A stretch of DNA of 64,000 bases from an uncultured Alphaproteobacteria bacterium (GCA_963817815.1 CAWFPY010000009.1:172045-236044); one strand, 5' to 3'. Counted from the first letter of the stretch, positions 30,131 to 38,899 are shown. Numbers and translations: made by a program. Notes: a model not told the origin generated them from the sequence alone.

Positions 30131-30844
30131 CTAGAACTTGTAGTTCACGCCGACCAGAACGTTCTGCAGATCAGCTTTGGCGCTGATGTTTGCGCAGGTT
30201 GCCCCAACGCAAGCTGTGGTGGCGGCACTTCGTGTCCCGAAGCCCATGAAGTTATACTCGAGAAAGACCGACCAGTGCGGGACGAACATCCACTCAACAC
30301 CGGCGCCAGCTGTCCAACCGGTCCGGTTGCCGCCCGATATCTGGCCGACTTGCGCGCCCGCCGTATTGAAAGCGGTCACATCCCATGATGTCCACGCTGC
30401 GCCACCTTGTCCGTACAGCAGGATATTTGGCTGCACGAGGTAGCCGGCGCGCGCTGTCAGGGCATCAAACCAGTGCAGGTGGCTGTTGACGGTGCCGGCG
30501 AACAATGAGTCTGAGATCGTTGCGCCGTTGCTGATGCTTGTCCCGTCGAAAATATTGCGAATACCAATGACCCACTGGCTCATTTGATAGTCGCAGCCGA
30601 CCTGGCCGCCGCCGGCAAAGCCGCTGTTCCTTGGCGAGACGCTCGCGCCCGTGCTGACGTCGGTCGCATCAATGTTTCCAAACGCACCACCAATGTTCAC
30701 GCCGATGTAGCAGCCGGTCCACGTGTAGGCCGGAAGCGGCGGTGGCAGGTAGGCGGGCTCTCTGCGCGGCAAGTCAGCCGCCGATGCGATCTGGCTGGCA
30801 CCGATCGCGAGCAAGGTCGCTGTCAGTATTACTGTTCGGCGCAT
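30131..30844 (-). CDS. Outer-membrane beta-barrel protein (Omp25/RopB/OmpA-like porin family)
   Basis: Signal peptide MRRTVILTATLLAIGASQIASA. WTGCYIGVNIGGAFG near the N-terminus. Alternating beta-strand pattern with terminal NVLVGVNYKF. GGAG before ATG 30844. Confidence 0.8.
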   Translation of the reverse strand: MRRTVILTATLLAIGASQIASAADLPRREPAYLPPPLPAYTWTGCYIGVNIGGAFGNIDATDVSTGASVSPRNSGFAGGGQVGCDYQMSQWVIGIRNIFDGTSISNGATISDSLFAGTVNSHLHWFDALTARAGYLVQPNILLYGQGGAAWTSWDVTAFNTAGAQVGQISGGNRTGWTAGAGVEWMFVPHWSVFLEYNFMGFGTRSAATTACVGATCANISAKADLQNVLVGVNYKF

Positions 30845-31221
30845 GATGATATCTCCCCGTTCGGTTATTCGACGCAAACCAAGCGCTCTATTTGCACTGC
30901 AGTAAATAAATGGGATGTCCTTAAGGAGCGTTACTTAGCCGCCGAAAGTCGTACCGGAGTACCGTGAATGGTACTTAAGTGCTTATTTTGCGCCTGTTAT
31001 TCTCGCGTCATTGTTACGAAAAAGCGAATACTGCGCCTAGACTGCGAGTAATTCTGCAAAAGCCAGCGTTACCTGGGTCGACAGGCGCGGCGGCGGTATT
31101 GTCAGCGAAATATGAGATACAGACATGCAAAGCGCGCGCGGCTGCGCGCACTCTGCTGATTGTCTCTCGCGTCTGATGTGGTGACGCGCTTGGTGGGCGC
31201 GTCAGGCTTGCGTGCGTCGCT

Positions 31222-31581
31222 CTACTGAGCCTCAGCCGCTGCCACCGGCCGGGGCGCATCTGTGCCCGCCGCCGGTTCAAGCGTCTGTACAGCGGCCTGC
31301 GGCGCCTGCGCGATGATCGCGGGAGGCGCTGGCGTGATTGCCGCTGACAGTGGTGCCAAGACGGGTGCGACGAGGGTTGCGACCGCGTGGCCCAGCGAGG
31401 GCAGCAGTGCGGCCTGCTTCTTATTCTGCACGTAGAGATACAGTCCCCCGAGCACCATCACGATCACTACCAGGATGACCAGCGCGTTGATGGTTGAGTC
31501 CGGGTTGCTGGCGCGCCGTCTGCGCGCGGCCGGTTTGCGTGTCGCGCGTTTCCTGGCCGCAGCCTTTCGCTTCTTCGCCAT
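31222..31581 (-). CDS. Hypothetical single-TM protein with highly basic N-terminus
   Basis: MAKKRKAAARKRATRKPAARRRRAS, then TM ALVILVVIVMVLGGLYLYV, then an Ala/Pro-rich tail. GGGAG before the ATG. Confidence 0.5.
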   Translation of the reverse strand: MAKKRKAAARKRATRKPAARRRRASNPDSTINALVILVVIVMVLGGLYLYVQNKKQAALLPSLGHAVATLVAPVLAPLSAAITPAPPAIIAQAPQAAVQTLEPAAGTDAPRPVAAAEAQ

Positions 31582-31784
31582 GTCGTGGAGCTCCCTCGAT
31601 GGTGTGGCCTACTCTCGGCACTGCACCGCAATTCAGTTATTCCGGAAGCACTGATTTCAAAACAAACCGGCCCCGGAACCGAACCGCCCCGGCGCGCAAT
31701 ATCGATGACCGAATCACTGCATGGACATTAGCCGATTCGTGCCCGCGATGGGTGAATCCGGACGTTGGCCGCCGGACTCCGTCG

Positions 31785-32120
31785 TCAGCGGCCGCAATTC
31801 CACATCGGTCCGATCGGGGTCTGCGTGTAGCAGGGTCCGAAGCCGCCGCCATTCCAGCGTCCGCGATAGAAGCCGGGCCAGGCCGGACCGTAATATTGCG
31901 GCCCGTGCGTCCGGTAATAGTGCTCCGCGCGCTCGCGCTCGATCACCTCTGGCGGGCGGTAGCCCGGCAGGAAGCCGTAGCCGTGCCAGTGCCGGGTGAC
32001 GCGATGGGTCACTTGCCGCTTTTTAGGGGCCGGCGCCGCCTGCTCCGGCGCGGCCATGGCGGTCGATACCAGCAGCAGAACTGCTGCGACGGCGGTCAGC
32101 CCTGAGATCGTGCGCAGCAT
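31785..32120 (-). CDS. Small secreted hypothetical protein (Tyr/Gly/Pro-rich, C-terminal Cys pair)
   Basis: Signal peptide MLRTISGLTAVAAVLLLVSTAMA. ...HWHGYGFLPGYRPPE...GGGFGPCYTQTPIGPMWNCGR. Confidence 0.55.
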   Translation of the reverse strand: MLRTISGLTAVAAVLLLVSTAMAAPEQAAPAPKKRQVTHRVTRHWHGYGFLPGYRPPEVIERERAEHYYRTHGPQYYGPAWPGFYRGRWNGGGFGPCYTQTPIGPMWNCGR

Positions 32121-32233
32121 TGAAGACCTTTCGCGGCGAGCACCAACGCGCGAGTTGGCTGCTTATTTCGTGGTAAAACTGAGACCTGCCTGGGCGACCC
32201 AATAGCAAGTAAAAACGGAAAAGGGAGAAAACA

Positions 32234-32992
32234 ATGCCGCAACGTGTGCTGATCACCGCCGGTGCATCCGGCATCGGCCGCGAATTTGCGCGCGCGTTCA
32301 CCGCGAATGGCGCCAAGGTCTTCGTCTGCGATGTCGACGACAAGGCGCTCGCAGCCATCGTCAATGAAATTCCAGGACTGATCGCGCGCCGCTGTGACAT
32401 GGCGAGCCGTGCCGAGATCGAGCGCATGGTGCCGGAGGCGGTTGCGGCGCTGGGCGGGCTCGACGTGCTCATCAACAATGCCGGCATCGCGGGCCTGACT
32501 TTGCCCATCGCCGACTATCCGCCGGACGACTGGGACAAGGTCGTCGCCGTCAACCTCACCGCGATGTTCGACGTGTCGCGGCTTGCCATTCCACATCTCA
32601 AGCAGTCGAAGGCGGGCTGTGTCATAAATATGTCATCGATCGCAGGGCGTTATGGCTTCCCCAACCGCAGTCCGTATGCCGCAACCAAATGGGGCGTGAT
32701 CGGGCTGACCAAAACTTTGGCGATGGAGTTGGGTGAGTGGGGCATTCGCGCCAACGCGATTGCGCCCGGCGCGGTGGAGGGGGATCGTATCGTGCGGGTA
32801 TTCCAGGGGCGGGCCCAGATCAGCGGCCGGTCGCTCGATGAGGTGAAGGCCGACGCGCTGGCGGCGTCATCGATCAAAGATATGATCGACCCGAAAGACA
32901 TCGCGCAGCTCGCCGTGTTTCTCGCCTCGGATGCAGCGAAGTCGATCTCCGGCCAGGTGATCCCGATTGATAACGATCGGCAAAAAGCGTAG
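32234..32992 (+). CDS. Short-chain dehydrogenase/reductase (SDR)
   Basis: RVLITAGASGIGREFA (TGxxxGxG), NNAG, and catalytic S...YAATK. AAGGGAG before the ATG. Confidence 0.9.
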   Translation: MPQRVLITAGASGIGREFARAFTANGAKVFVCDVDDKALAAIVNEIPGLIARRCDMASRAEIERMVPEAVAALGGLDVLINNAGIAGLTLPIADYPPDDWDKVVAVNLTAMFDVSRLAIPHLKQSKAGCVINMSSIAGRYGFPNRSPYAATKWGVIGLTKTLAMELGEWGIRANAIAPGAVEGDRIVRVFQGRAQISGRSLDEVKADALAASSIKDMIDPKDIAQLAVFLASDAAKSISGQVIPIDNDRQKA

Positions 32993-33033
32993 ATGGCGCG
33001 CGGGGCGCGTTAGGTTCGTCGTACTTTTTCAGG

Positions 33034-33273
33034 ATGGGGTCTGTTCCAATGCCAAGACAGTTGCGTCTCTATGTGTGTGCACTACTGCTGACGTTCGTTG
33101 CGTTTCCCGCGCTCGCACAATATCCGGCGCCGAAGCCGACAAGCCCGGGCGAGATAGCCGCGATCGACAAGGACAAGGCGGAGAAACGCGCGGCCTGCCA
33201 GCGCGAAGCGCGCGCGCAGAAACTGAGTTATCTCAAGCGCCGCCAGTTTGTGCGCGGCTGTGTCAGGCGCTAA
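33034..33273 (+). CDS. Small secreted PsiF-like protein
   Basis: Signal peptide ...LRLYVCALLLTFVAFPALAQ. KRAACQREARAQKLSYLKRRQFVRGCVRR resembles a PsiF repeat (C..A..K.L....R..F...C). Start is ATG 33034 or 33049. Confidence 0.5.
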   Translation: MGSVPMPRQLRLYVCALLLTFVAFPALAQYPAPKPTSPGEIAAIDKDKAEKRAACQREARAQKLSYLKRRQFVRGCVRR

Positions 33274-33453
33274 ATCAATTGCGCGCGCCGCGCACGTGTG
33301 GCGTGCAGGCCGCTCCCCGAAAAACGCCTGATTGACGAACGCGCTGCGGAAAATGGGACCATGATACCGCACGCGCATCGCGGACGCGCAATGTTGGGGA
33401 CATCTTCAATTTCGCCATAAAAAGAACGAGCCAATGCTTTTTTGGTAATAGTT

Positions 33454-33525
33454 GGCCACCGGCGTCATCACCCGCCGGTGGCCTCATCTTGGGGCCGCCG
33501 TCTGTGGACGTGCGGCCCCTTTTTT
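33454..33525 (+). terminator. Tandem hairpins ending in a T-run (plus-strand intrinsic terminator or 3' end of an sRNA)
   Basis: ggccaccggcg-tcatcacc-cgccggtggcc (11-bp perfect stem, 33454-33483), then ggggccgc-N13-gcggcccc-tttttt (33491-33525). This lies 180-250 nt downstream of the nearest plus-strand stop (33273). Confidence 0.55.
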
Positions 33526-33635
33526 CGAAGCTGTTTGATGGCTCCGAAAAACATGATCAGGCTAACGCTCCGTTCGCGTTCCAGCTGTGACGTGAGTCAC
33601 AAGATCACCATTTATTTTTCGAACGCCTGACGCGT

Positions 33636-33725
33636 AAAAAAATGGCGGCGTAGTTGGGGGCTTACGCCGTCGAAGGTTAGAGCCGAAAGGCGGGAGGGGA
33701 CGGGGGACGGGGTCCGCCTTTCCGG
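33636..33725 (-). ncRNA. Candidate small RNA: two hairpins with C-rich loops plus intrinsic terminator
   Basis: The minus strand reads ccggaaaggcgg-ACCCCGTCCCCCGTCCCCTC-ccgcctttcgg, an ~11-nt spacer, then cgacggcgta-AGCCCCCAAC-tacgccgcc-ATTTTTTT. No credible CDS covers it. The 5' end is undefined. Confidence 0.35.
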
Positions 33726-33979
33726 CTGCGAGACATTTTCCGGCAATATGTTTGCCTGATTGCGTCTCCGCGCGGTGGTGAAGCCATCAGCCCCCATAAG
33801 AGCGCTTTCCACCGTGTCGAAAGCATCGGCCTGTTAGCAGGCGGCGGCGTTGATCTGGGTCAATGGGTCAGAGCCAGTGCCGCATTTGACGTTGGTGGTA
33901 ACCGCTTGCGCGACTGGCTGAATTGCGCTTGCTTGTCGACGTGGCGTTTTGCGACGAACTCGGGGCAGGGGAATATTCT

Positions 33980-34309
33980 ATGAAAAAAATGTCCGCGCTG
34001 GCTCTCGCCGGATTGCTTGCAGGTTTTGCGGCGCCGGCATCCGCTCAAATGCGCGAGCAGGGCGCCTATGAGATGGTCACCACGCATCAATACGAGAACG
34101 CATCGTTCGGGACCAGCACTGCGCGGCACCGCGATCAGAATGTCCGCGGTGCGACCGACAAGGTGATCATTCTCGACAAGCGTAACGGCGCGCTGTGGGC
34201 GTGGTCGGAACCGCAACAGACGGTGATGTATCTCGGGCAGATTTTTCCGCTGACCGGCTCGGGCGTGTTTGCCCGCATCATCCAGGTCGAGCCCGAGCAG
34301 AAGCGCTAG
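33980..34309 (+). CDS. Small secreted hypothetical protein
   Basis: GGGGA before ATG 33980. Signal peptide MKKMSALALAGLLAGFAAPASA. No recognisable domain. Confidence 0.5.
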   Translation: MKKMSALALAGLLAGFAAPASAQMREQGAYEMVTTHQYENASFGTSTARHRDQNVRGATDKVIILDKRNGALWAWSEPQQTVMYLGQIFPLTGSGVFARIIQVEPEQKR

Positions 34310-34586
34310 CGGCAAATCTTTATTGCGCGCGTGACGTCGTCGCGGCTGCTGCGTAGCTGAGTGCGCGCCGTTAATTTTTTTGTTTGCTGCGACGTGCTGT
34401 CGCATTTTTCGCGAGACTCGCCGTTTCACGCATATTTCTGCGGCTCTTTAACCTTACTTGGTGTGCTTACCGGGCGGAACTGCTCGCATCCCGCAGCACA
34501 CGCCGTTAGAAGCCCCCATCCACAGAATGGACCACAGGCGGCAAAACCGATCACTCGGTCGCACCGCTTTGATTGATGGAGTATGG

Positions 34587-35093
34587 ATGTTGAGAAACGT
34601 TACAATCTTTCTCGGGGCGCTTCTTCTTTCGACCATCGTTGCTGCAACGGCGGATGCAAAGCCGCGGCATGGACATCTGCGCGGGCATAGCCCGATTGTC
34701 TGTGACGAGCGCGGTTGTTCGGACCACGCTGCGCAGACGAACGTCGCGACGGCTGCGTTTGCAATGGATGCCAACGGCAATCCAGGGCCCACGGTCATCA
34801 GCCGCCGGCCTGGCGGTTGCCCGCACGCCTTCTGCGGCTGTGAAGCATCGCTTTATCTGTTCGGCGCCATCCGTGCCGATCTCAATCTGGCATCGAACTG
34901 GGCCAGAAAATTCCCGCACACCTCACCGGCGCCGGGCATGGCGGCTGTACGCAACCACCACGTGATGGTGTTGATGAGCCATGTCGAAGGCAATAACTGG
35001 CTGGTGCACGACGGCAATTCGGGCGGCGGTCTGACCCGCGAACACGTGGTGTCGATCAGCGGTTACACGATCGTCAATCCGCGCGGCGCGTGA
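34587..35093 (+). CDS. Secreted protein with CHAP/NlpC-P60-like Cys...His arrangement (tentative)
   Basis: Signal peptide MLRNVTIFLGALLLSTIVAATADA. GCPHAFCGCEASLYLFG ... NHHVMVLMSHVEGNNWLVHDGNSGG suggests a papain-fold cysteine peptidase or amidase. The assignment rests on the motif pattern only. Confidence 0.45.
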   Translation: MLRNVTIFLGALLLSTIVAATADAKPRHGHLRGHSPIVCDERGCSDHAAQTNVATAAFAMDANGNPGPTVISRRPGGCPHAFCGCEASLYLFGAIRADLNLASNWARKFPHTSPAPGMAAVRNHHVMVLMSHVEGNNWLVHDGNSGGGLTREHVVSISGYTIVNPRGA

Positions 35094-35253
35094 ACGCTCA
35101 CAGCGTTCGTTGCAGGTGGGCCGGGCATAGCCCGGGCCCACCCGCCACTTCACAAATTTGCTAGAGTGTCATAGGTGAGCTCGGCGCTGTCGCGCTCGGA
35201 CCACTTTGCGGCTGCAATTGGCTGCCGGACAAGTTTGTAGAAGCGAGGATTCA

Positions 35254-35508
35254 ATGACCGTTCCAATTCGACTAACGACATTTGCCGCCGGCGCGCTCGC
35301 GCTGGCTTTGTACGCGATGGCTGCACCCGCGCTGGCAAAGGACCCGGAGCCGTACAATGCGGCGGATGCTGCGCGTAAGTATTGCGGCAGCTCCTACAAG
35401 CGCTACTGCAAAAGCGTGCCGACCGGCGGCATTGAGTCGCTCAATTGCCTGAAAGAACATGTGAAGCGTTTGCCGCCTGCCTGCCGCAAGGCGGTACAGG
35501 CGCTTTGA
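35254..35508 (+). CDS. Secreted cysteine-rich-repeat protein
   Basis: GAGGA before ATG 35254. Signal peptide MTVPIRLTTFAAGALALALYAMAAPALA. YCGSSYKRYCKSVPTGGIESLNCLKEHVKRLPPACRKAV fits the C..D...C..V.PG.G....CL......LS..C type repeat. Confidence 0.6.
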   Translation: MTVPIRLTTFAAGALALALYAMAAPALAKDPEPYNAADAARKYCGSSYKRYCKSVPTGGIESLNCLKEHVKRLPPACRKAVQAL

Positions 35509-35511
35509 CCG

Positions 35512-36132
35512 TTACACCGTGAGCGAGGTCACAACGGCCGCATAATGTACGAGCGCGGCCGTGAGCACGAATCCGTGCCAGATCGCGTTCTGGAACCGCA
35601 GGCTCCGCCACACGTGGAATATGACGCCGGCTGAATAGAGCACGCCGCCGATTGCGATGAGCGAAAGCGTCACCGGCGCAAGCGCGGAAGCGATCGGCTC
35701 GAACAGGAAGATGCCGCTCCAGCCCATGATGAGATAAAGGGCAACCGAGGTGCGGTCGAAGCGGCCCGGCCACAACAGTTTGATGGCCATGCCGGTGAGC
35801 GCGGTGCCCCACATGATCGAGAGCACGATCGCGGGGACGGCGCCATGCATCGGCAGCACGAAGGCGGTGTAGGTTCCCGCGATCAGCAGATAGATTGCCG
35901 AATGATCGAGGCGGCGCAGCCACCATTTGATCGGTGAGACCGGCCACAGATTATACGCTGCTGAAAATCCGAACATCGCCAGCAAGCCGGTCAGATAGAT
36001 CGAGACCGCGGCGAACTGCGCGTGGCTGCCATGGCGTGCAGTGCTGACGAAAAGCGCCGCAGCGCCGGCGATCGCCAGAGCGATGCCGAGGATATGGATG
36101 ACGGCGTCGGCGAGAAGTCTCGCCGCGGTCAT
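35512..36132 (-). CDS. Hemolysin III / PAQR family membrane protein
   Basis: 206 aa, 7 TM. LRRLDHSAIYLLIAGTYTAF and C-terminal HGFVLTAALVHYAAV are typical. Confidence 0.85.
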   Translation of the reverse strand: MTAARLLADAVIHILGIALAIAGAAALFVSTARHGSHAQFAAVSIYLTGLLAMFGFSAAYNLWPVSPIKWWLRRLDHSAIYLLIAGTYTAFVLPMHGAVPAIVLSIMWGTALTGMAIKLLWPGRFDRTSVALYLIMGWSGIFLFEPIASALAPVTLSLIAIGGVLYSAGVIFHVWRSLRFQNAIWHGFVLTAALVHYAAVVTSLTV

Positions 36133-36222
36133 AGTCCCAGTGCCAGCTGAAGGGAGAATTCATCGTGCCCGCATAGCCGGCCATTGCGGCGGGGAGCGGG
36201 CCGAAAGGCGACCGTCACGCGT

Positions 36223-38136
36223 TCAATGCGCTTGGACCTGCACACCATTTAAATCGGTTTGGACTCGTTGCAGCACCCTGTCCCAATCGCCGGCGGTATC
36301 TTGCCGGTAAAGTTTTGCGGTCGGGTACCAGGGACTGTCTGTCCGCTCGAGCAGCCAGCGCCAGTCGGTATCAAAGCGGTTGAGAATCCACACCGGCTTG
36401 CCCAAAGCGCCGGCAAGATGCGCGGCTGCGGTATCGACGGTGATCACCAGATCCAGATTATCCATGAAGGCCGCGGTGTCGGAGAAATCCCCGATCGCGC
36501 CGGTCAGATCCACGATATCGGGTCCGTTCCAGCGATTGCGCGTGAGGTCAGCGAGTTCGGCTTCGCCGGGCTGGCCCTTTTGCAGGCTGTAAAAGGCGAC
36601 ATTCGGGTTTTTCAGCGCGGCGAATTTGGCGAGCGGAATATTGCGGCGTTGATTGACCGACACCGGTTGGTTGGGGCGGATGCCGCCCGACCACACCAGC
36701 CCCACGCGCAATTTTGTTCTCGCGCCGAGCCTGTCCTTCCAGGTCTTTGACTGGTCCGGATCGGCTTTCAGGTACGGGGTCGCCGCCGGGATGGTTGCAA
36801 GTTCGGTCTTGAACGCGAGCGGCAGGCTCAACAGCGGACAGTGAAGGTCGAACGCGGGCAGGGGGCGTCCCGTCTCCACGATCTGCGCCACACCCGGCAG
36901 GCTTGCGGCCAGGCGCGTGAGCTGCGGCGGCATTTCGAGGATGACGCGCGCGCCGCGTTGCGCGACAAGCGACGCGTAGCGGCAGAATTGAATCGTGTCG
37001 CCGAGCCCTTGTTCCTCAGTGAGCAGGATCGTCTTGCCGGTTAGGTCGGCTTCCCCCAGCCACAGCGGCTGCGGGTAGTCATGCGCCGCGATCGGGTTGG
37101 CCTTCTTCTTCCGCCATTCATAAAGACGCCAGCCTTCCGCGAAGCGGCCCGTCAGGAGCAGGAGAACGCTCTTGTTGAAAAAAGCCTCGGCATAATCCGG
37201 ATTGAGCGCGATCGCCCGGTCATAGCTTGCGAGTGCCGGTTCGCAGCGATGCAACGAAGTCAAGGCATTGCCGCGATTGTTGTAGGCTTCCGCGTAGTCG
37301 GGCCGGATGGCGATGGCCAGTTCGTAGCTCGCCGCTGCATCCTCGGCGCGCCCCAGGTGATAGAGCGCATTGCCGCGGTTGTTATAGGCCTCGGCATATT
37401 TGGGCGCGAAGGCGATCGCCTTGTCATAGCTCGCGATCGCGTCCGTGTGGCGCGCGAGCGCATTGAGCGCATTGCCGCGGTTGTTGTGCGCTTCGGGGTA
37501 GTTGGGCCGCAATGCAATCGCTGCGTCACAACTCGCAACCGCTTCCTCGTGCCGCTTGAGCGCGTGCAAGGCATGGGCACGATTATTGTGCGCCTCCTGG
37601 TATTCGGGCTTGAGTGCGAGGGCCTTGTCGCAACTCGAAATCGCCTGCTCGTATTGCTTCAGGGCGATCAGGGCCGCAGCGCGATTGCCATGCGCATCGG
37701 CCAGGTCGGACTTCAGCGCAATGGCCTTGTCGAAGCTCGCCAGCGCCTCCGCGTGGCGCTGCAAGGCCGTGAGCGCGGAGCCGAGATTGCAGTGCGCGGT
37801 GGGGACAGCCGGGTTGAGCGCGATGGCCTTGCCGATCAGCTCGACGGCTTGCTGTGGTTTGCGAGTCTGGAGTGCAATGACGCCCAGCAGGTGCATCGCC
37901 TCGAAGGCGGCGGGATCCTGCTGAAGGAGGTCGCGATAGATCAGCTCGGCCTCGGCAAAACGGCCTTGCTGATGCAGGGTGACGCCCTGGCGGAATTTGT
38001 CCTGGGTCGATGCGGAAGCGTCTTTTGCGGCGAGCGGCGTCTGCGGGCCCATGCGTGCGGCTGCTGTCCGTATTTTCGATCGGTTATTTACAGGCTTTGG
38101 GCTTATGCGCGGCGTATCACGCCGACTCGACGGCAC
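36223..38136 (-). CDS. TPR-repeat protein fused to a glycosyltransferase-family-9-like domain
   Basis: About 9 consecutive 34-aa TPR units (AEAHNNRGNALNALARHTDAIASYDKAIA... pattern). The C-terminal ~300 aa carry LLTEEQGLGDTIQFCRY, VGLVWSGG and DLVITVDTAAAHLAGALGKPVWIL. Start is GTG 38136 or ATG 38052. Confidence 0.8.
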   Translation of the reverse strand: MPSSRRDTPRISPKPVNNRSKIRTAAARMGPQTPLAAKDASASTQDKFRQGVTLHQQGRFAEAELIYRDLLQQDPAAFEAMHLLGVIALQTRKPQQAVELIGKAIALNPAVPTAHCNLGSALTALQRHAEALASFDKAIALKSDLADAHGNRAAALIALKQYEQAISSCDKALALKPEYQEAHNNRAHALHALKRHEEAVASCDAAIALRPNYPEAHNNRGNALNALARHTDAIASYDKAIAFAPKYAEAYNNRGNALYHLGRAEDAAASYELAIAIRPDYAEAYNNRGNALTSLHRCEPALASYDRAIALNPDYAEAFFNKSVLLLLTGRFAEGWRLYEWRKKKANPIAAHDYPQPLWLGEADLTGKTILLTEEQGLGDTIQFCRYASLVAQRGARVILEMPPQLTRLAASLPGVAQIVETGRPLPAFDLHCPLLSLPLAFKTELATIPAATPYLKADPDQSKTWKDRLGARTKLRVGLVWSGGIRPNQPVSVNQRRNIPLAKFAALKNPNVAFYSLQKGQPGEAELADLTRNRWNGPDIVDLTGAIGDFSDTAAFMDNLDLVITVDTAAAHLAGALGKPVWILNRFDTDWRWLLERTDSPWYPTAKLYRQDTAGDWDRVLQRVQTDLNGVQVQAH

Positions 38137-38408
38137 CGCGTATTATAGATTGTTTGAAAGCTCACAAGATGCGTTTTTGAAATGCTCGAATCGGCTGCGA
38201 TCATCTTCTTCGCTTTCGTGGGCAAAGCGGACACCTGACCCCGCTCGCACTTGGCGGACCGCCTATCATTCTTTATCGCGGGCGAGGCTCTGTGCTGCTC
38301 CCAGACGATACCTGGACGCACAGCGCACATCGTGAGCCGCTGAACGACCCCCTTCAGTAAGCTAGTTTAAGTGGATACGATGCCTTGTCTGAAGCTTTGG
38401 GGGGCTGC

Positions 38409-38666
38409 ATGAGACGGCGCGCGTTTCTTAGGCTCCTCGGCGGCCTAGCAGTAATGTGGCCGCTTGCTGCCATCGCGCAAAATCAAACTTTCCCGATTGG
38501 ACCGCCGGCAAATCCTGCAGCCAAGCTCCGCGCGCAGGAAAAAGCGGCTGCAGAGAAACGGTCGAAAGCGAAAGAAAAGAGGGAAGCGTGCAGAACAAGA
38601 GCAGTGACCGAAAAGATTGCGCCTCACGAGCGAAAATCGTTCATGTCCTCGTGCGAAAAGAAATAG
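38409..38666 (+). CDS. Small secreted PsiF-family protein
   Basis: ATG 38409. Signal MRRRAFLRLLGGLAVMWPLAAIAQ. KEKREACRTRAVTEKIAPHERKSFMSSCEKK is a PsiF repeat. Confidence 0.6.
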   Translation: MRRRAFLRLLGGLAVMWPLAAIAQNQTFPIGPPANPAAKLRAQEKAAAEKRSKAKEKREACRTRAVTEKIAPHERKSFMSSCEKK

Positions 38667-38776
38667 CCTGCATTGAGTGCGCGGGTGACAAAAGTACCCG
38701 TTGAGGGGGCGTTCGCGACGTAGGTTACCAAGGCCCTGAGGGCTCACCTTATGGCTGGCAAAGCAGGCCCGGTATT

Positions 38777-38899
38777 CTACAGATGAGTTAGGCCAAGGAT
38801 GCGGCCGACAAGCCACGTGGCAACGGCCCAGCCCGCACCAGTGAAAAATCCTACGCAAAACCAGACGATAATCAGTTCAAGATTGACCTTTATCGGCAT
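38777..38899 (-). CDS. Candidate 40-aa hydrophobic membrane peptide (below the ORF-track cutoff)
   Basis: GGGGGA 6 nt before ATG 38899. Translation is MPIKVNLELIIVWFCVGFFTGAGWAVATWLVGRILGLTHL, stop 38777-38779. Lies 46 nt downstream of, and co-directional with, the preceding small gene and nrdJ. Confidence 0.4.
   Translation of the reverse strand: MPIKVNLELIIVWFCVGFFTGAGWAVATWLVGRILGLTHL

Noticed and set aside
33612-33812. 66-aa minus-strand ORF covering the sRNA candidate.
   Set aside because: No SD, and composition is dominated by the hairpin and C-rich loop sequences. It ends inside the terminator, so it is more parsimoniously non-coding.
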